64,000 bases of DNA from Eledone cirrhosa (taxonomy: Eukaryota): NCBI GenBank assembly GCA_964016885.1, contig OZ024747.1, positions 25,730,001-25,794,000 on the forward strand, given 5' to 3'. Below, piece by piece: positions 1 to 15,059 of this stretch. Positions within the stretch are counted from its first letter, which is position 1. Each line of letters begins with the position of its first letter. A program made the position numbers and the translations under genes. The notes beneath the pieces are model-generated. The model made no database searches and was not told where the DNA came from. It saw only the letters and a list, made by a program, of their open reading frames with translations.

Positions 1-2183
1 CCACTGTTGTCATTGAAATATGTATCACAACATTATCATTAAAGGACTTTAACATCGGAAACTACTTTGCATTTTCTTATTCTATATATATATATATATT
101 TCTCCCTCTACATCTCTGGAAGAAATCAACTCTCTTCACACCGAGAGAGGGGATGGATTCTGCCAGGTTTAAAGTGCCCAAGACATGCTATATGTTATGA
201 TGGCCCTCCTACAACTCCACCAGGATTCATGGAACAACACATATATACATCAAAGGATTAAAAATTTGCTGTCAGAAAGTAATCACAGAAAAGAAAACAA
301 AAAACAAGCAGAAAAAAGGCAGAATGTAGAAAACTAGGGTTGCTGGAGTTTTGTTCTAATAATATTTGAGACAAGCCACCAGACTCACAACATTATTTTG
401 GGTGATAGTGAGGTTAAGTTGCTAAGATAGGCAAGCACTTTCACCTAAGAAATGCTTAACAGTATTTGTTCTGGCTCTTTATGTTCTGAGTTCAAATCTT
501 TCCAGGGTCAATAAAATAAAGTACCAGTAAAAAACTGGGGTAAAATTGCTGGCCTTGTGTTTAAATTAGAAATTATCATTTATGTTATTGTATTTATATT
601 AGAGGAATATGTTTATTAAGTAAGTAATACAATAATATGTTGAAATCATAGAACCAAATTTTTAGCTCAAGGTTACAACTCAGAGATTTCTAAGCAGGTT
701 TTAATTTCTCATAGGTGGGAGTATATATCGAAAAAGAAACAATGCCAACAATGTTGAATGCACACACACACAGACATGCACAGACACAGACATGCACACA
801 CACAGACTTGAACACACACAGACATGCGCACGCACACACTCACAGATATACACACATCCATACAAATATGAGAACCCATACATACAGCCATACATACACA
901 CACATGCATCCCCATATTCACACTCCCTATACATAGAAGTACATTATATATGTTATCCAAAGGCCAGAGCGCTTAGCACCAGTGCACTGGTACTAAGCTC
1001 TACTGGCCTTGTAGTAGCTACTGTATTGTAGAGACTCATTTTTATTAACTGAGTCTTCCCCCAAACCTATTTTATGGTATCTAAATATAATATGTAATTT
1101 TTTCTCTTGTGACATTTTCCCCCATGACTTTTCCCCTTGGATTCAGCCAGTTTTTTCCTAATCCTTCTTCACCATGATATAATTCTTCCTTCTGGAATTA
1201 TTCCCTGTCAAAGGTTTGACATCTTTACAGAAGTTTAAGCTGAATAACAACAACAACATCCATCTTACAAGGTCATGGACACTCAACTAAACCATTATAA
1301 ATGATATATAGTATATTTGAGACAATGTCAAGACATGTGGTCTCGTGGTTAAGGGTGTTAGGCTCCTGTTTCTAAAGTCAAGAGTTTGATTCCCAGTCTG
1401 GGCAATATATTGTGTTTTTGAGTTAGGCAATTTATTTTACATTGCTCCAGAGTACTCAGCTGGTAAAAAGGAGTTACTATGGCTTTGATGTTGTATTAGC
1501 ATTTGATTTTTCCTTGGACAACAGTATGATATGAATTCTGATAACATTTTTACCAAACTGTTTCGTCTTTTGCATTTACCAATGTCATATATAGTGTATA
1601 TATATATATAGGGTATGAATTGTGATGATACTGGTGCCAAACTGTATTGGTCATTGCTTTTCTCTTGGGCAACATTGGTGGTGTGGAGAGGGGAGACTGG
1701 CAAGCATGGATAACTGCTGATCTTCTACAAAACACTTTATCTGGGATCATGCCTTGGAGAGGAGCTTCCAGCTGCAAACCTATGGGCAACCACAATGGAT
1801 GCCGGCTCATAAACAAAAATATCTGAGACAATAAATCCAATATATCTATATTTATCTTAGACAGATGTGTTAAAATCATAAAATGATATTCTTCTATTCT
1901 TTCATTAGACTGTGGCCATGCTGGGGCACGACTTTGAAGGGATTAAATCTATTATATCAATCTCCTTACCTATATTTTCAAGTCTGGTACTTATTTTATA
2001 CATCTCCTTTTTTAAAACTGGTAAGTTATGTGATATAAACAAATAGTAAACATAAACACAGACATGGATACACACACACACACACATGTATATCATTATC
2101 ATCATCATTTATGTATGTTTTCCATGCTGGCATGTGTTGGACAGTTCGTCAGCATCTAAGACTTGTGCACACACACACTCACA

Positions 2184-2254
<71 letters not shown>

Positions 2255-2258
<4 letters not shown>

Positions 2259-2548
2259 ATATAATGTTAAAGATCAGGGAAAAGGAAAACATTTATGCTG
2301 ATCTAATGAGGAATCTGCAGATTCTCCACCCTAATTATACCTTTAGATTTATACCTGTCATCATTGGGGACCTCCAATGCGTTATTAACTGCCTCAGAAC
2401 AAATCTTGAGAAGGGGGGCTTACCCCCCCCCCCCCCACATACACACATACGAACAAAAAAATGTCTAGTTAAGATGTTGCTAGTACAGTCTATGTCTATT
2501 AATGGAACTGTAAAATTATGTAAATCTTTTCAGAAATTATGCATGTAA
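2255..2548 (+). mobile_element. C-terminal remnant of an RLE-type (R4/Dong-like) non-LTR retrotransposon
   Basis: REKENIYADL..LQIL.P...FRFIPVIIG.L...GTVKLCKSF pattern of a restriction-like endonuclease tail. Confidence 0.55.
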
Positions 2549-2798
2549 TGACTGTATATACACCTGTATAGATACAGAAACATATGCATGAGTACACATA
2601 TAACTAAAAAATATTTCTGCTCATGTTATAACCATACACGAGTTGAACATCTTTTTTTAGGTGAAACATGTGTTCTGAAGTATGGTTTTGTAATTGTGAA
2701 ATTAAATCTATACCCAACTCTTCATTTGGACTGAGTGCTCTGCCAACTTTGGATATAGCCTTTTTATTTTTCACTACACTATATATATATATATATAC

Positions 2799-2829
<31 letters not shown>

Positions 2830-5800
2830 GTTATAGGGAATGATCACAGCATATTCTATATTTTTATGAGATTGGCACCTTCCAGCCCTTTTAAAGTCGA
2901 GCACTCTTCAGTCAATAGGATTTTAAACCAATACTGAACATGGATAAATACCCTTTGGATTACTCTATCAAGAATATCCCAACACCTTCTAACATTTTCT
3001 ACACGAAAATGCTGATAGACAAAGTAGAGAAGGTCGTTAAAAGAATGAGATGGAAAGCTTTGATTCTCGATGGACACTTTAACATGGACTCTACGGAACA
3101 TTTTGATATCAAAACTCATAAATACCCGCAAAGAGTAAAAGATATGACCGCTTTTGAACTAGACTTAGATAATCTAATCAACAATATCAATTTTCGTAAG
3201 TACTCTAACCCTTTTCAATCTAAACTATCTAATGATATTTCAATATTCAAATCTTCTAAAAATAAGTTCATTTTCTCCGACAAAACTAAAAACCTATACG
3301 AAGTTAATAATAATTTACACGACCAAATATTAATAGATAACATCACCTCTAAATACCAAATAGCTAATATAAACAATTAAAGAATTAGCTGTTTCTTTAA
3401 AAATAGATAATAGGACAGAACAACTTGCTAAACGTAATGAATATATCACCCTTAAAGATCACAAACCTGACTTAATTAATCGTCCTAGTTGTAGATTAAT
3501 CAACCCTGCTAAGACTGATATCGGTCTTGCCAGCAAAAAAATTTTAAATAATATAAACACACACATTAGAAGTAAGTCTAAATTACTCCAATGGATAAAT
3601 AGCTCTTCCGTAGTACATTGGTTTAATAAAATTAAAGATAAAAATAGTTCTAGATTCACCCAATTTGACATTGTAGATTTCTAACCATCTATCACTCAGA
3701 CTCTTTTAACGAAAGCTTTAAATTTCGCTAGAAAGTTTACCAATATCTCTGATATTGAAGAGAATGTCATCTTGCACGCTAGAAACACTCTACTCTTTAC
3801 TGATAATGACACTTGGGTAAAAATATCTAACCCAGAGAGCCCATTCGATGTCTCAATGGGCTCTTTTGATAGTGCTTATGTTTGTGATTTAGTCGGCCTA
3901 TTCCTCCTACACACACTTAAAGAAAAATTCCCTAACCATATTTTTGGGCTTTATCGCGACGATGGTCTAATACTTTCCCATACCACCATAGGCCATAAAT
4001 TAGATAGATTAAGGAAAGACTTAATAAAAACCTTTGCTAGTTTTAATCTTAAAATTGCTATTGACACTAACCTTTCCAATGTTAATTTCCTAGATATAAA
4101 CCTAGATTTGCCTACTGCTTCTTATAAACCATACCATAAACCTAATGAAAATTTAAAATATATAAATAAAGGCTCTTGCCATCCTCCTATAATTTTTAAA
4201 AATCTTATCCCTAATATTAGCCGTAGGATCTCCACCCTCTCTTCCTCAGAAGCTATTTTCAATAAGGCATCCCCCTACTATAATAAAGCCCTCCAAAATA
4301 GCGGATTTAGCGAACCGATTAAATACATACCCAACTATACTAACTCTTTTAAACATAAAAATAGGAAAAGAAAAAATAATCTGGTTCACACCCCTAGCAG
4401 TTACAATTAATGTAGGCAAAAAATTCCTAGAGCTCTTAGATAAACATTTCCCTAGAACACATAGATACTATAAGATCTTCAATAGAAACTGTGTCAAAAT
4501 TAGCTACAGTCCCCCTATTAAATCTTATATCATCAACAACAAATCACCTAGAGAACATCAAAATTGCTCCTGTAGAGTCAAAAGTGAATGCCCATTACAA
4601 GGTAAATGCAACACCAAAGCCATTGTATATGCGGCTAAAGTGACAACCATCAGCAACAACCAACCAGCCACCAGTGAACGATATGTGGGTATGACACAAG
4701 ACAAATTCAAAACGCGTTATTACTCACATGTCGCATCCTTTCGACATCCAGAAAAAAGATTCACAACAGCTCTGGCTAGCAGAATATGGGATTTGAAAGA
4801 CCAAGGTATCCAATATAAATTGGATTGGTCAATTTTGAACCAATCTAAAGAATATGCAAGAGGAACAAGAAAATGCACACTCTGCATACATGAAAAATAT
4901 TGGATTTTACAAAACCCTAAAATCACCAAAGGCCTGCCTAAATACAAAGACAGAAATTTTCACCAGTTGCCCACACATGAAATCACACTTGCTTTCCAGC
5001 TCATATAAACTTAACTCACTTTCAGATACTTATCCTCCATAGGCTCTTATTCTTCACTTAAATTGTTCTCTTTAAAGACTACTCTTTCTGATTTACTTTC
5101 TTTTTAACCTTATTATTAATTTTATTTTAATTTTTATTTTTACTTCACATCCACCAGTAACCCCCCCCCCTTTATTCTTCTATTCACTTACCTAATATCT
5201 TCACTTTCCACTTTTTACTTCCCTATTTTCTTTACTATCTGATTACCCTAGTCACTTGCGTTTTCCACTCCAGATATTTTCTGTTATTTCGCAGCCAATT
5301 TTATATTTTTATATTTGTACTCATATATTCATAAGGCTGCTTTACACCCTGTATCTATGTGTCTGAGCGTCTTTATGTGTGTATACGTTCTGTATATGTA
5401 CACGAACGCCTCCGTATGTGCGCGTGCGTGCGTGTATATATATGTGTATGTATGTGCGTTTTTATATCTGTGTTTTTACATCTATGTTTTTTACATTCTT
5501 ATTTTTATGTGTGTGCGTGTAAGCGGGTCAATGTACGTGAATATGTTTGTGTGTATGTGTGTATATATGTATTGTATGTATGGGCGTGTATGTGTGCGTG
5601 TATATATATATATATATATATATATAGTCGCGTACGTACGTGTGATTAGATATACATGGGGCGATATGTATGTATATATATATGTGCATCCTGTGTATGT
5701 ATGTACGCATGCATACGCTTTTGTCTGTACGTATTGCGTGTGTATTTATATATATTTTTATAGATGTGTTTTTTATAGATATAGATTATCATTTTCTTTT

Positions 5801-6181
5801 TCAACTCATATTATATCCGTATTTGTGGTTACATATACACAAATATACTTGCCCTCATATATGTACTTACGCACACATTTTCACCATACACACGCATTTG
5901 TACATACATACATATGTACATTTGTGAGTGTATATACATACATATACACACACCTAACTATATTTCCTTATATTTTTTTATATATTTTATATGTCTATTG
6001 CATTACTTTTATTTATATATATATATTTTTTTTTTGCATTTCTTGAGGAGACTTTCCAAATATTTCACTATGTTTTATATTGCCTTGTCCGACGAACGAA
6101 CGAGGACGTTTCTTTCGTATTCGTCTTATTCGGGAAACCTCTGGTAATGAGGTAATTATATTGTATTGTTTATTATACATT
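2830..6181 (+). mobile_element. Near full-length, decayed Penelope-like element (Naiad-like)
   Basis: Broken ORF 2940-5042: YSIKNIP..KRMRWKA, LKDHK, QFDIVDF, MGSFDSA, YRDDGL, NFLDI. Linker CSCRVKSECPLQGKC, then GIY-YIG IVY..YVGMT..FKTRYYSH..CTLCIHEK. Hammerhead at 6089-6154; (TA)n on both sides. Confidence 0.9.
6089..6154 (+). ncRNA. Hammerhead in the PLE 3' region (U4C variant, weak stem I)
   Basis: CCGACGA-ACGAA..TTCGG-GAAA-CCTC(TGGTAAT)GAGG-TA^. Confidence 0.6.
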
Positions 6182-6471
6182 ATATATATATATATATATA
6201 TATACATAAAAAGGAACGATCGACTTTCGTCAAATCGGACCGAGGGAACAATGTTTCCGTTGGTCTTTCCAATTGCTAATACTATCTATCGGTCGCAACT
6301 CCAGGTAGAAGGAGCAACGTGAAATAAAGTGTCTTGCTCAAGGACATAACTCATCACCTGGTCCAGCAATCGAACTCACAACCTTACGATTGCGAATCCA
6401 ATTCTCTAACCACTCAGCCACACGCCTTTAATATATATATATATTTTTTTGTGGTGGGGGGGGGGAGAATG

Positions 6472-6664
6472 TATGGCCATGACGGCAGAGCTCAAGCCGT
6501 TTCGACGGCTATTTCTGGACTAAAGCCTTTAATCCAGAAATAGCCGTCGAAACGGCTTCAGCTCTGCCGTCGGGGTCATACTTTTTCCTATTACCCACTC
6601 TGCTACCCTAAGTATTGAGTACTCTGGTGCGTTATGGTCCACCTGGTTCCTTAACACAACTCCG

Positions 6665-6665
<1 letters not shown>
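6472..6665 (+). mobile_element. Short foldback element with a hammerhead 3' half
   Basis: Palindrome 6472-6580; GAAAC-GGC..GCC-GTC^GGGG at 6549-6575; an 85-nt tail runs to (TA)n. Confidence 0.75.
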
Positions 6666-6731
<66 letters not shown>

Positions 6732-8127
6732 TATACACACACATATATATATATATATAAATATACACACACATACATATATACACACACATACATATAT
6801 ACACACACATATATGCATGCATACATATATATATGTATATACATACATGAATACATACTTACGTGCAAACATACACATATACATACACATACATATATGT
6901 ATACAATGATTGTAATTTTTTAAAATTTCAGTGATTAAATAATGAGAATTGAAAAAGAATAATATAAATACTAAAATGTTTACAGGCGGTTTTATTCTCG
7001 TCTACTTTTCTTGTTCAGTTTAGTTGTTTTATTCAACAATTAACTGAAAAACTTCACAAACGCCACTTTAATGTCGTCTGCTTTTTAGTCACGCGATGCT
7101 TACTCCCACTCATATTTTTCCTCTTACTCTCACCATCCCTCTGTCATCTGCCACCCCCAACTTACATCACTTACATATTATAACACTTTCTCTTTCACTT
7201 ACACACTCACTTCTCGTCTCTTTATAAATAATTCCTTCCCTTTCACTCTCTTTTCTCATATTCTATATAAGATTCTTTCTCCCCTACTCTTTCTTTTCTC
7301 CGTTCTCTGTACAATTGTTTCTCTTCCACCCTCTCTTCTGCTCCTCATTACTCACTTATTTCTCTTCTTCCTCTCTCTCTATATAATTCTTTCTCCCCCC
7401 TTCTCCCCTCTCTCTATATGTTTCTTTCCCCTCTGTATATTATATAAGATGTTTCAGCAGACGACAATTATTTGTGTGTGTGTGTGTGTGTGTGTGTGCT
7501 AATGTTCTAAAATGCCCTCTCTGTCAACGGTGTCGTCTATATTTCTCTTCCTCTCTGAATCTATCTATCTTTCTCCCACTCTCCGCTTTTTCTCTATCTA
7601 TCACTACACACACACACACATACAAATACACACACACATACACACATGTATGCACATACATTCACATGTGCACCCGTACACACACACACACGCACATACA
7701 TAGCTTTGTTAAATTTTAGTAGAGAAACTGAGTATTAATGATTCTGGCAGTAAAACAATGAGTTATGTACAATTGCACTACTAATATGTATAAACCGATA
7801 GCTCCTGTTAAAATCGTAGGGGTGTCGTAGTGAAATACGGCGCTTCTTGGATATTTTAGACGTGACAGTACCCATCCCCTCTCCATACAGCCGATTTCTT
7901 CAAGAGAAGGAGAGAAAATGAAAGAGAAGAAGTGCGAAAGAGACATAGTGCAAGAACCAACCCCGGTACTGAATAAGTACATTATTAATCGACCTCAAAA
8001 GGATGAAAAGAAAATTTTACCTCGGCGGGATTTGAAGTCAGAGCGGAGAGATCTGGAACGAATACTACAAAACATAGCATTCAATGTTCTAACGGCTTTG
8101 CCAATTCGCCGCCTCTTAACCACCACC

Positions 8128-8182
<55 letters not shown>

Positions 8183-8322
8183 ATAATAATAATAATAAAT
8201 AATAATAATAATAAATGGTTTCTAATTTAGAGATAAAACGAGCAATTTTGTGGGAAGTGGGGTTAATCGGTTATATCAACATCAGTACCAATATATTTAT
8301 AATTCTTATAGAATGAAAATAT

Positions 8323-8383
<61 letters not shown>

Positions 8384-8444
8384 CTTTACATAAATATTTC
8401 ATAGAAAAATGTAAAAATCAAAACGAAAGTCAACACTAAGTGTA

Positions 8445-8940
8445 TCAGTCAGTCACACACCACAAGGGGCATCGGAAACAGTTTTTGAGGTAAACCAAAA
8501 CACTCGCGGTATTACCGTGGATGATAGTGAGACTAAGGCACTGGATCAACAAAGTACCCTGACGGACATCACCTGGCACCTTTGTAAGGCGAGCCGCCAA
8601 AGATGACAAGAGCTTCGTTGTCAGCTTCCCAACTCCCCCAAACGTTTCGAACGCCACAGGCTGAAAAAAATAGTTTGCCGATAATTTTAGGATTTTATTC
8701 CGTTTGACTACAGAAGCAGTGGCCCTCCCATTTACCGCATCATCTAGGTTGTGGGAAGGAGCAAAATGATCTCTAACTGTGGTGTCCCTAATAAGACATC
8801 TACCTTTTATCCAATGACAAACGGTAAAACGATCTTGTCCCTTCTCATCAACCCTGGACAATCCAGCCGGTTCCAGAATTGAGGAGATATTTATCCGAGC
8901 CAGCGCTCACTTAATAATTAAGTTTTGTTCGGTATAACGA
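8445..8940 (-). mobile_element. CRE-like non-LTR retrotransposon RLE remnant
   Basis: HWIKG..LIRDTTVRD.FAPS, FQPVAFETFGGVG, QCLSLTIIHGN..SVL. Confidence 0.7.
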
Positions 8941-9024
8941 GCATAAGGCCAACATATATATGTATATTGATTGTAATGTCCATTTACTATAGGTTCACCA
9001 GAGTGAACACTCTATCACAACAGA

Positions 9025-9109
9025 AGTCCGACGAGCTTTTGATTCTAGAATCAGGCTAAATCGATACAGATCAGACTTTGAATCGATCAATAGCGAAACG
9101 CGCGTCATT
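9025..9109 (+). ncRNA. Minimal type I hammerhead (U4C core variant)
   Basis: AGT-CCGACGA-GCT..AGC-GAAA-CGCGCG-TC^ATT, palindromic stem III. Confidence 0.7.
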
Positions 9110-9150
9110 ACTCAATAAACGTAATGAAGATATAACAAATCGTCCTTTTC

Positions 9151-9206
<56 letters not shown>

Positions 9207-9329
9207 GAGGATCCGCTAAGGTGAAACAATTGTTCTCGGTGAACTAACTGTTGTGTAACCACTTCTACCTAACTCGTCTCCTTGGACTGAGTGCTCTACC
9301 ACTACGGATATTACCTTCCAGAGTTCCAC

Positions 9330-9403
<74 letters not shown>

Positions 9404-10166
9404 ATGTGTGTGTGTGTGTGTATATATGTGTATATATATATGTATATATATATATACATATAAATATAAATTCAGCAAGAATCGCATTTCGGCGGGTAGA
9501 AAAAAACGAAACGTAACGCAAATTCCGAGTCATGCTGGCAAACGCTCGATGGGCTAAACAAGACCAGAGCAATAAACATAGGTTATAAAGGCCATACAAA
9601 CTGAGAAGGCGGTCAAAGAGCCATTAACCACATAAGCCAAAAAACAAGTCAAGCTAAACAGGTCAGACAAAATAAATGACATATTCATATATATATATAT
9701 GTGACACCTAAATCAATAATACTGTCTGCTTAAAACAATAAGCTTTTGGTATAATGATCGAACGAGGAATATCACGTTATCAACAGATATTTTGTTCTGC
9801 GCCAGTGTTGTGGATGACACAGTGTTTTGTAAAAGCTCATGCGTAACTCACAGGGAAAAAACCCCAGATTTTAGCAAATGAATTCAGTATGTGTAAATCC
9901 AAGCAACAGATTGCATAAATAGCACAGATCGAATATTTTAATTTACGTGCGTTTCATCCTTAGTAAGCTTAATATTAGGATTCTTAATATCAGAATTACA
10001 TAAGATATACTTATCTTAAACGTGCTATAATGTACAAAGATAAGAGGTGGTTTTGTTTACATTTAAAATCAGAAGATTACTCATTATATGCAAACACATG
10101 TACACAACAAGAACATTAACTCTCTTTGCAATATTGAAGTCGTTAAGAGTTACGCCCCTTCAATAG

Positions 10167-10176
10167 CAAGATGGCG
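10167..10176 (+). promoter_or_regulatory. YY1-like CAAGATGGCG motif overlapping the start codon
   Basis: Partial match to AAGATGGCGGC, common at starts of housekeeping genes; the region is locally CpG-richer. Confidence 0.4.
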
Positions 10177-10261
10177 ATCGCTTATAAACCATACCGTTAT
10201 ATAAAGCACCTTTTCTCCTCTCATGGGTTGTTTAACCTACGTCAAATCCGATATTGCTCAG
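10171..10261 (+). CDS. SUGCT: SUGCT exon 1, probable mitochondrial transit peptide
   Basis: [30 protein letters not shown]: basic, no acidic residues, ends R-Y-C-S. Phase-1 donor G|GTATTA matches the phase of exon 2. Not supported by homology, so less certain. Confidence 0.75.
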
Positions 10262-13185
10262 GTATTATACATCGACATTTATTCCCTTCTTTTGTTTGAC
10301 AAAAAGGTATATATATATATATATATTGTATCTTCTCGACTTTAGACGTAACGCACGATTACGTTGCAGGTTATTTATATTTCGCCGGAGAATTGAGTCC
10401 GGTCGAGAAATGTTTCACGTTGTTTCTTTTAACTCATTGTAAATCTCAACATTTTTATACTATAACTATATTTGTTTGTGTCGTGTATATTAGACATCCG
10501 TCAGTTACGACGATCAGCATTACAGAACAGCTTACTCGTGAAGTTAATGTGTCTAAGCCTTTCACAGACACGTGTACTCTTGACATAGCTCTCAGGGAAA
10601 TTCAGCATGACACAATGCTTGACCACACTGCCATTTAAATTACAGGCACGGTCCATCTTGTATTGTAGTCTAAGTGGCCGAGAATTTCATACATGTATCC
10701 TCTCAGTGGGATTCGGGATGTCACTGTGTAATAAAACCGATCCTTTGAATTATAGGTACAATTAATTTTCCCAGACGAATGGACTAGAATAGCGTGAAAT
10801 AAAGTGTTCTGTTTAAAGACACAACGTATAGTTGAGAATTGAATTCAAGACTTTACCATCGTGAACTGAACACTCTACCCACATGGGTGGATTGGCAGTA
10901 TCGGTAGAGGGTCGGACGCCATGCTTTGACACATTGAGTTACGACCCTTGCCCTTCTGAGTTTAAATCCCGCCGAGGTTAACTTTGCCTTTCATCCTTAC
11001 GGGGGGGGGGGTTTGATAAAATAAAGTACCAGTAATGTACTAGGTAATTGCTGGCCTTGTGCCAATAGTAGAAACCATTATTATCAATTTGGTGGATTAG
11101 CAATATTGTTAGAAGGTCGGACGCCATACTTTGCAGCATGGAGTTACGGACCTTTACAATCTGAGTTCAAATCCCGCCGAGGTTAACTTTGCCTTTCATC
11201 CTTACAGTGTCGATAAAATAAAGTACCAGTCACGCACTGGAGTCGATTTAATTGACTTTTCCCTCCCCCAATATACTGACCTGTGCCTACACTAGAAACC
11301 ATTATTATCAAGGGCGGTAGAGTGGTGGATTGGCAGTATCGGTAGAGGTGTCGGACACCATGCTTTGCAGTACAGAGTTACGGCCTTTTATGATCTGAGT
11401 TCAAATCACGCCGAGGTTAACTTTACCTTTCATCCTTACGGAGTCGATAAAATAAAGTACCAGTAATGCACTGGGATAATTGCTGGCCTTTTGCCAAAAG
11501 TAGAAACAATTATTATCAATTTGGTGTTGAAGCTATTCTACTTTATTTATACATTGTATATATGAAAGGACCCATAACTCCCGAGGGAGTCGTAGGATTC
11601 GCCGTATTGACAAACAGCGCTTCTAGGGCATTTAAAAAACCTGGTGGAGCTCATCTCCAGCAAATTTCTTCTTGAGAAGGATAGAGAGTGAGAGAATTGA
11701 AGCGAGAAAGAGATGTAAGAGAATCGACCCCAGTACTAGACTAGTACTATTTTTATCGACCTTGAATGTATGAAAGGTGAAGTTGACGTCGTCGGGATTT
11801 GAACTCAGAGAGCCAAAATGAACACCACAAAGCACTATATCCGTCGTTCTAACGATTCTGTCAATTCGCCGCCTATTACATTAGGGGTATAAATAAAATA
11901 GTCTTGAGCGTCTCACAATCTAATTTGGCGTACATAATAAAATGAAAATGAACGGCACTTGATTGATCTGTATATGTAATTTCCGAGTGATTTATTAGGA
12001 ATAGAAAAGGAAATATCACATGCTTGGACATCACTTTATCCCTTTCCAGCATATCTGCAGTAAATTTGAGAATGATTTATTAGTAAATGAAAATATTAAA
12101 TAAAAATTAAATTATGTTTGATAATAAATGAATAAAATTTAAAAGAAAATTATTTTAATTGATTTAAATGGATATAAAATGAAATTATTGTTCGAAAATA
12201 TTCGTAAACGAAATAACTGTTTCTACTTTTGGCACAAGGCCAGCAATAACCCAGTGCATTACTGGTACTTTATTTTATCGACCCGTAAGGATGAAAGGCA
12301 AAGTTAACCTCGACGGGATTTGAACTCAGATCGTAATGGGACGTAACTATGCTGGAAAGCATGGCGTCCGACCTTCTACCGATACTAACGCCATGTAACT
12401 TCAATTCCTTACAAATCTACATCATTGTACATAAAAAAACGAATCAAGTATAGCCAGTATATTATTAGTTTACATACAAGTCAAACAATGAATACAGGCA
12501 CTTATTTGATAGATATGGAATGTTGTTCAATAAAATCTATAGAAAAATAAAGCAGAATTGGAAAGGACTAAATTCTAGTTAATATTTCAGCTCTTACTGA
12601 ATTCACTGAACGCTATAACAATTTAATGGCGTAGGGTGAGGGCCATATGTGGTCACTCGACGTGCTAGAAATAGCAGTCAAATCTCCCTCAAATTCCATA
12701 TCTACCGGTTTTAATGTGGACACATTCGACAATGTGGTCATGAATACATAATCTCTAACGAAACAGCCACCTCGTGAAATTTACGTGCAAATATCCTCCC
12801 TTATACTGTCACGTTGCTCAAGCCCACAGAAGCCTGCAGAATATGAGTACCAGCAGTAGCTGGAGGGTTAACTCTGCGATGTACTGGCGTACCCTCCAGG
12901 GTGAAATCTTGTATTCTCAGTCACTTAACGCCAATGGAACCGGGTAAGCTCTGACCTTTTGAGCCTCCATGTTTGGAATATACTTTTAATTAAGTTTAGC
13001 CACTCACTCCCGACAGGTAAGGGAAATTAAACGGTTTAAATTGAAAATATAAGGGAAGTAACTGTAAACATTAGCAATATCTTATTTGCCAAAGTTCGAT
13101 AACCTCTTCCCTGTTGAAATTTTTTTTATTGTTTACAGAAATTCTTAGGCTATTTTCTATAGCTTCGAAAACTAACACACACACA

Positions 13186-13271
<86 letters not shown>

Positions 13272-14970
13272 TATAAACGTGAGGACGGAATAGACAAAAA
13301 AACTAACTATATATTCTTCAAAGTCCCGGCTGAAATACATGTACGGTCTACTTGACACGCTTCCAAACAATTTTCATCGACACCAGTTTCACTCACAGTG
13401 TTTGGATCAATTTGAAGCTATGGCAAATCACATGGAACCAAGATGTCACGCAGCGGAATCAAACCCGGGATCTCGATTACTGAACTAACTTCATAACGAT
13501 TCAGTCATGAACAGAGCTACGTAGTAATATGATACAAAGTATGGTAAAAACAGAGAAAAACCTCATCTGCAAATCTTATTGGAACAAATAACAAATTCGA
13601 GAAAGGAGCCCAGCGAGGTGGTGTGGCTGTTTCAGCGGCTGTCGCTGGCCATTGTCCACGGGAATGCTTTTGCGGTTTTGTCCTAGGGGCGTAGCCACAA
13701 TAAAGCCGCGCAATAGGCCTAGAGCCGTTCACTCACCCCATTATTCTGTGACACTAGAGCCCTTGCCTTTCCCTTCCTTTTCCGTTTTCATAACCACAAA
13801 AGGTACTTGAATATTCAATGTAACTCTACATTGTGTAGTGAGTACTATTTTTATTTGCTTATATATGTTCAATGTTTACATCTGTCTTATAATTTATACG
13901 CATCTTTAAGTTTTACTTTCCTTCTGAATATAGCCCACGTCTAATGTAGTCACCTCATTTCACAAATATTATCTCCCCTAGGCAATTATTAACAGGGGAA
14001 ATAACTGTTGCCGTCATATTATTTGAATGTACACATAAGCACGTTAAAGCATACGAATAGCGCGCTCACACACACACACACACACATATCGAGCAATGGC
14101 ATTAGTTGGAATGAATTCCGTACAGGGTAGACCACGTGAGGGTCGCCATCTCCCCCTCCAAATATCTTGGTGTAACATTGGACTGTATCCTGACCTACCG
14201 AGAGTACATAAAGAGGGTTGCCGGAAAGCTCAAGACCAGGATTAATATCATCCGTAAGTTATCAGGAAACAACTGGGGGTCTGATACACACACACTGAAC
14301 TGCATGCTTAACACTTGCATACTCAGTCGCAGAGTACTGTTCTGGTCTGGACAGGGAGCTGCCATGCCAAGCAATTTGACACCACCCTCAACTCGACAAT
14401 TAGAATAGTGTCTGGTACAGAGAAATCTACACCTATGCAGTCGCTGTCTATCCTTTCTCATATAGCTCCTTTTCACATGCGGTGTTAGGAGATGATCTGC
14501 GACTTTTCCATCCATGCCTGACTTTTCCATCCATGAAGACCTGGAAAACCTTCCCAACATGTGCTTGAAAGCACACAAACCACTCTGGGAATCAATGAAA
14601 ACCCTTCGAGACAATAACTATTATTTGAAGGAAGAGTAGCAAAGCTAATGGAATGAGTCAAAATTTATCAACTAAGACCTCGTCAACCCAGTTAGCTTTG
14701 CCTTTCCTTGAAAGCAATGGGTGCCCTTAATCAGATCCGCACAACCCATGCCAGGACAGCCCATTATCTCCATCGATGGAAAATTAGACAGCCCAGCATG
14801 TGAGTGCGGAGACCCTGACCAGACAATACTGCATATGGTTCAGGATTACCCCTTCAGACGTTTTCCTGGTGGACTGAATACAATCCATAATGCTGCAAAT
14901 GATGCCTTGGTCTGGCTCACCAATCTCAATCTGTCTCTCTAAGCATTTAGCATATGTCATATGACAAGAA

Positions 14971-15059
<89 letters not shown>

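Noticed and set aside
1550-1879. 109-aa minus-strand ORF with a possible splice acceptor
   Set aside because: It matches the SINE-associated repeat at 15725-15890 and is not a host exon.
5315-6923. Long YI/HT/CV-rich ORFs here and throughout the window
   Set aside because: They are translations of (TA)n, (CA)n and (TG)n microsatellites.
9845-9960. Possible divergent gene exon upstream of SUGCT (minus-strand GTGAGT donor)
   Set aside because: The frames I tried close with stops, and I found no downstream exons.
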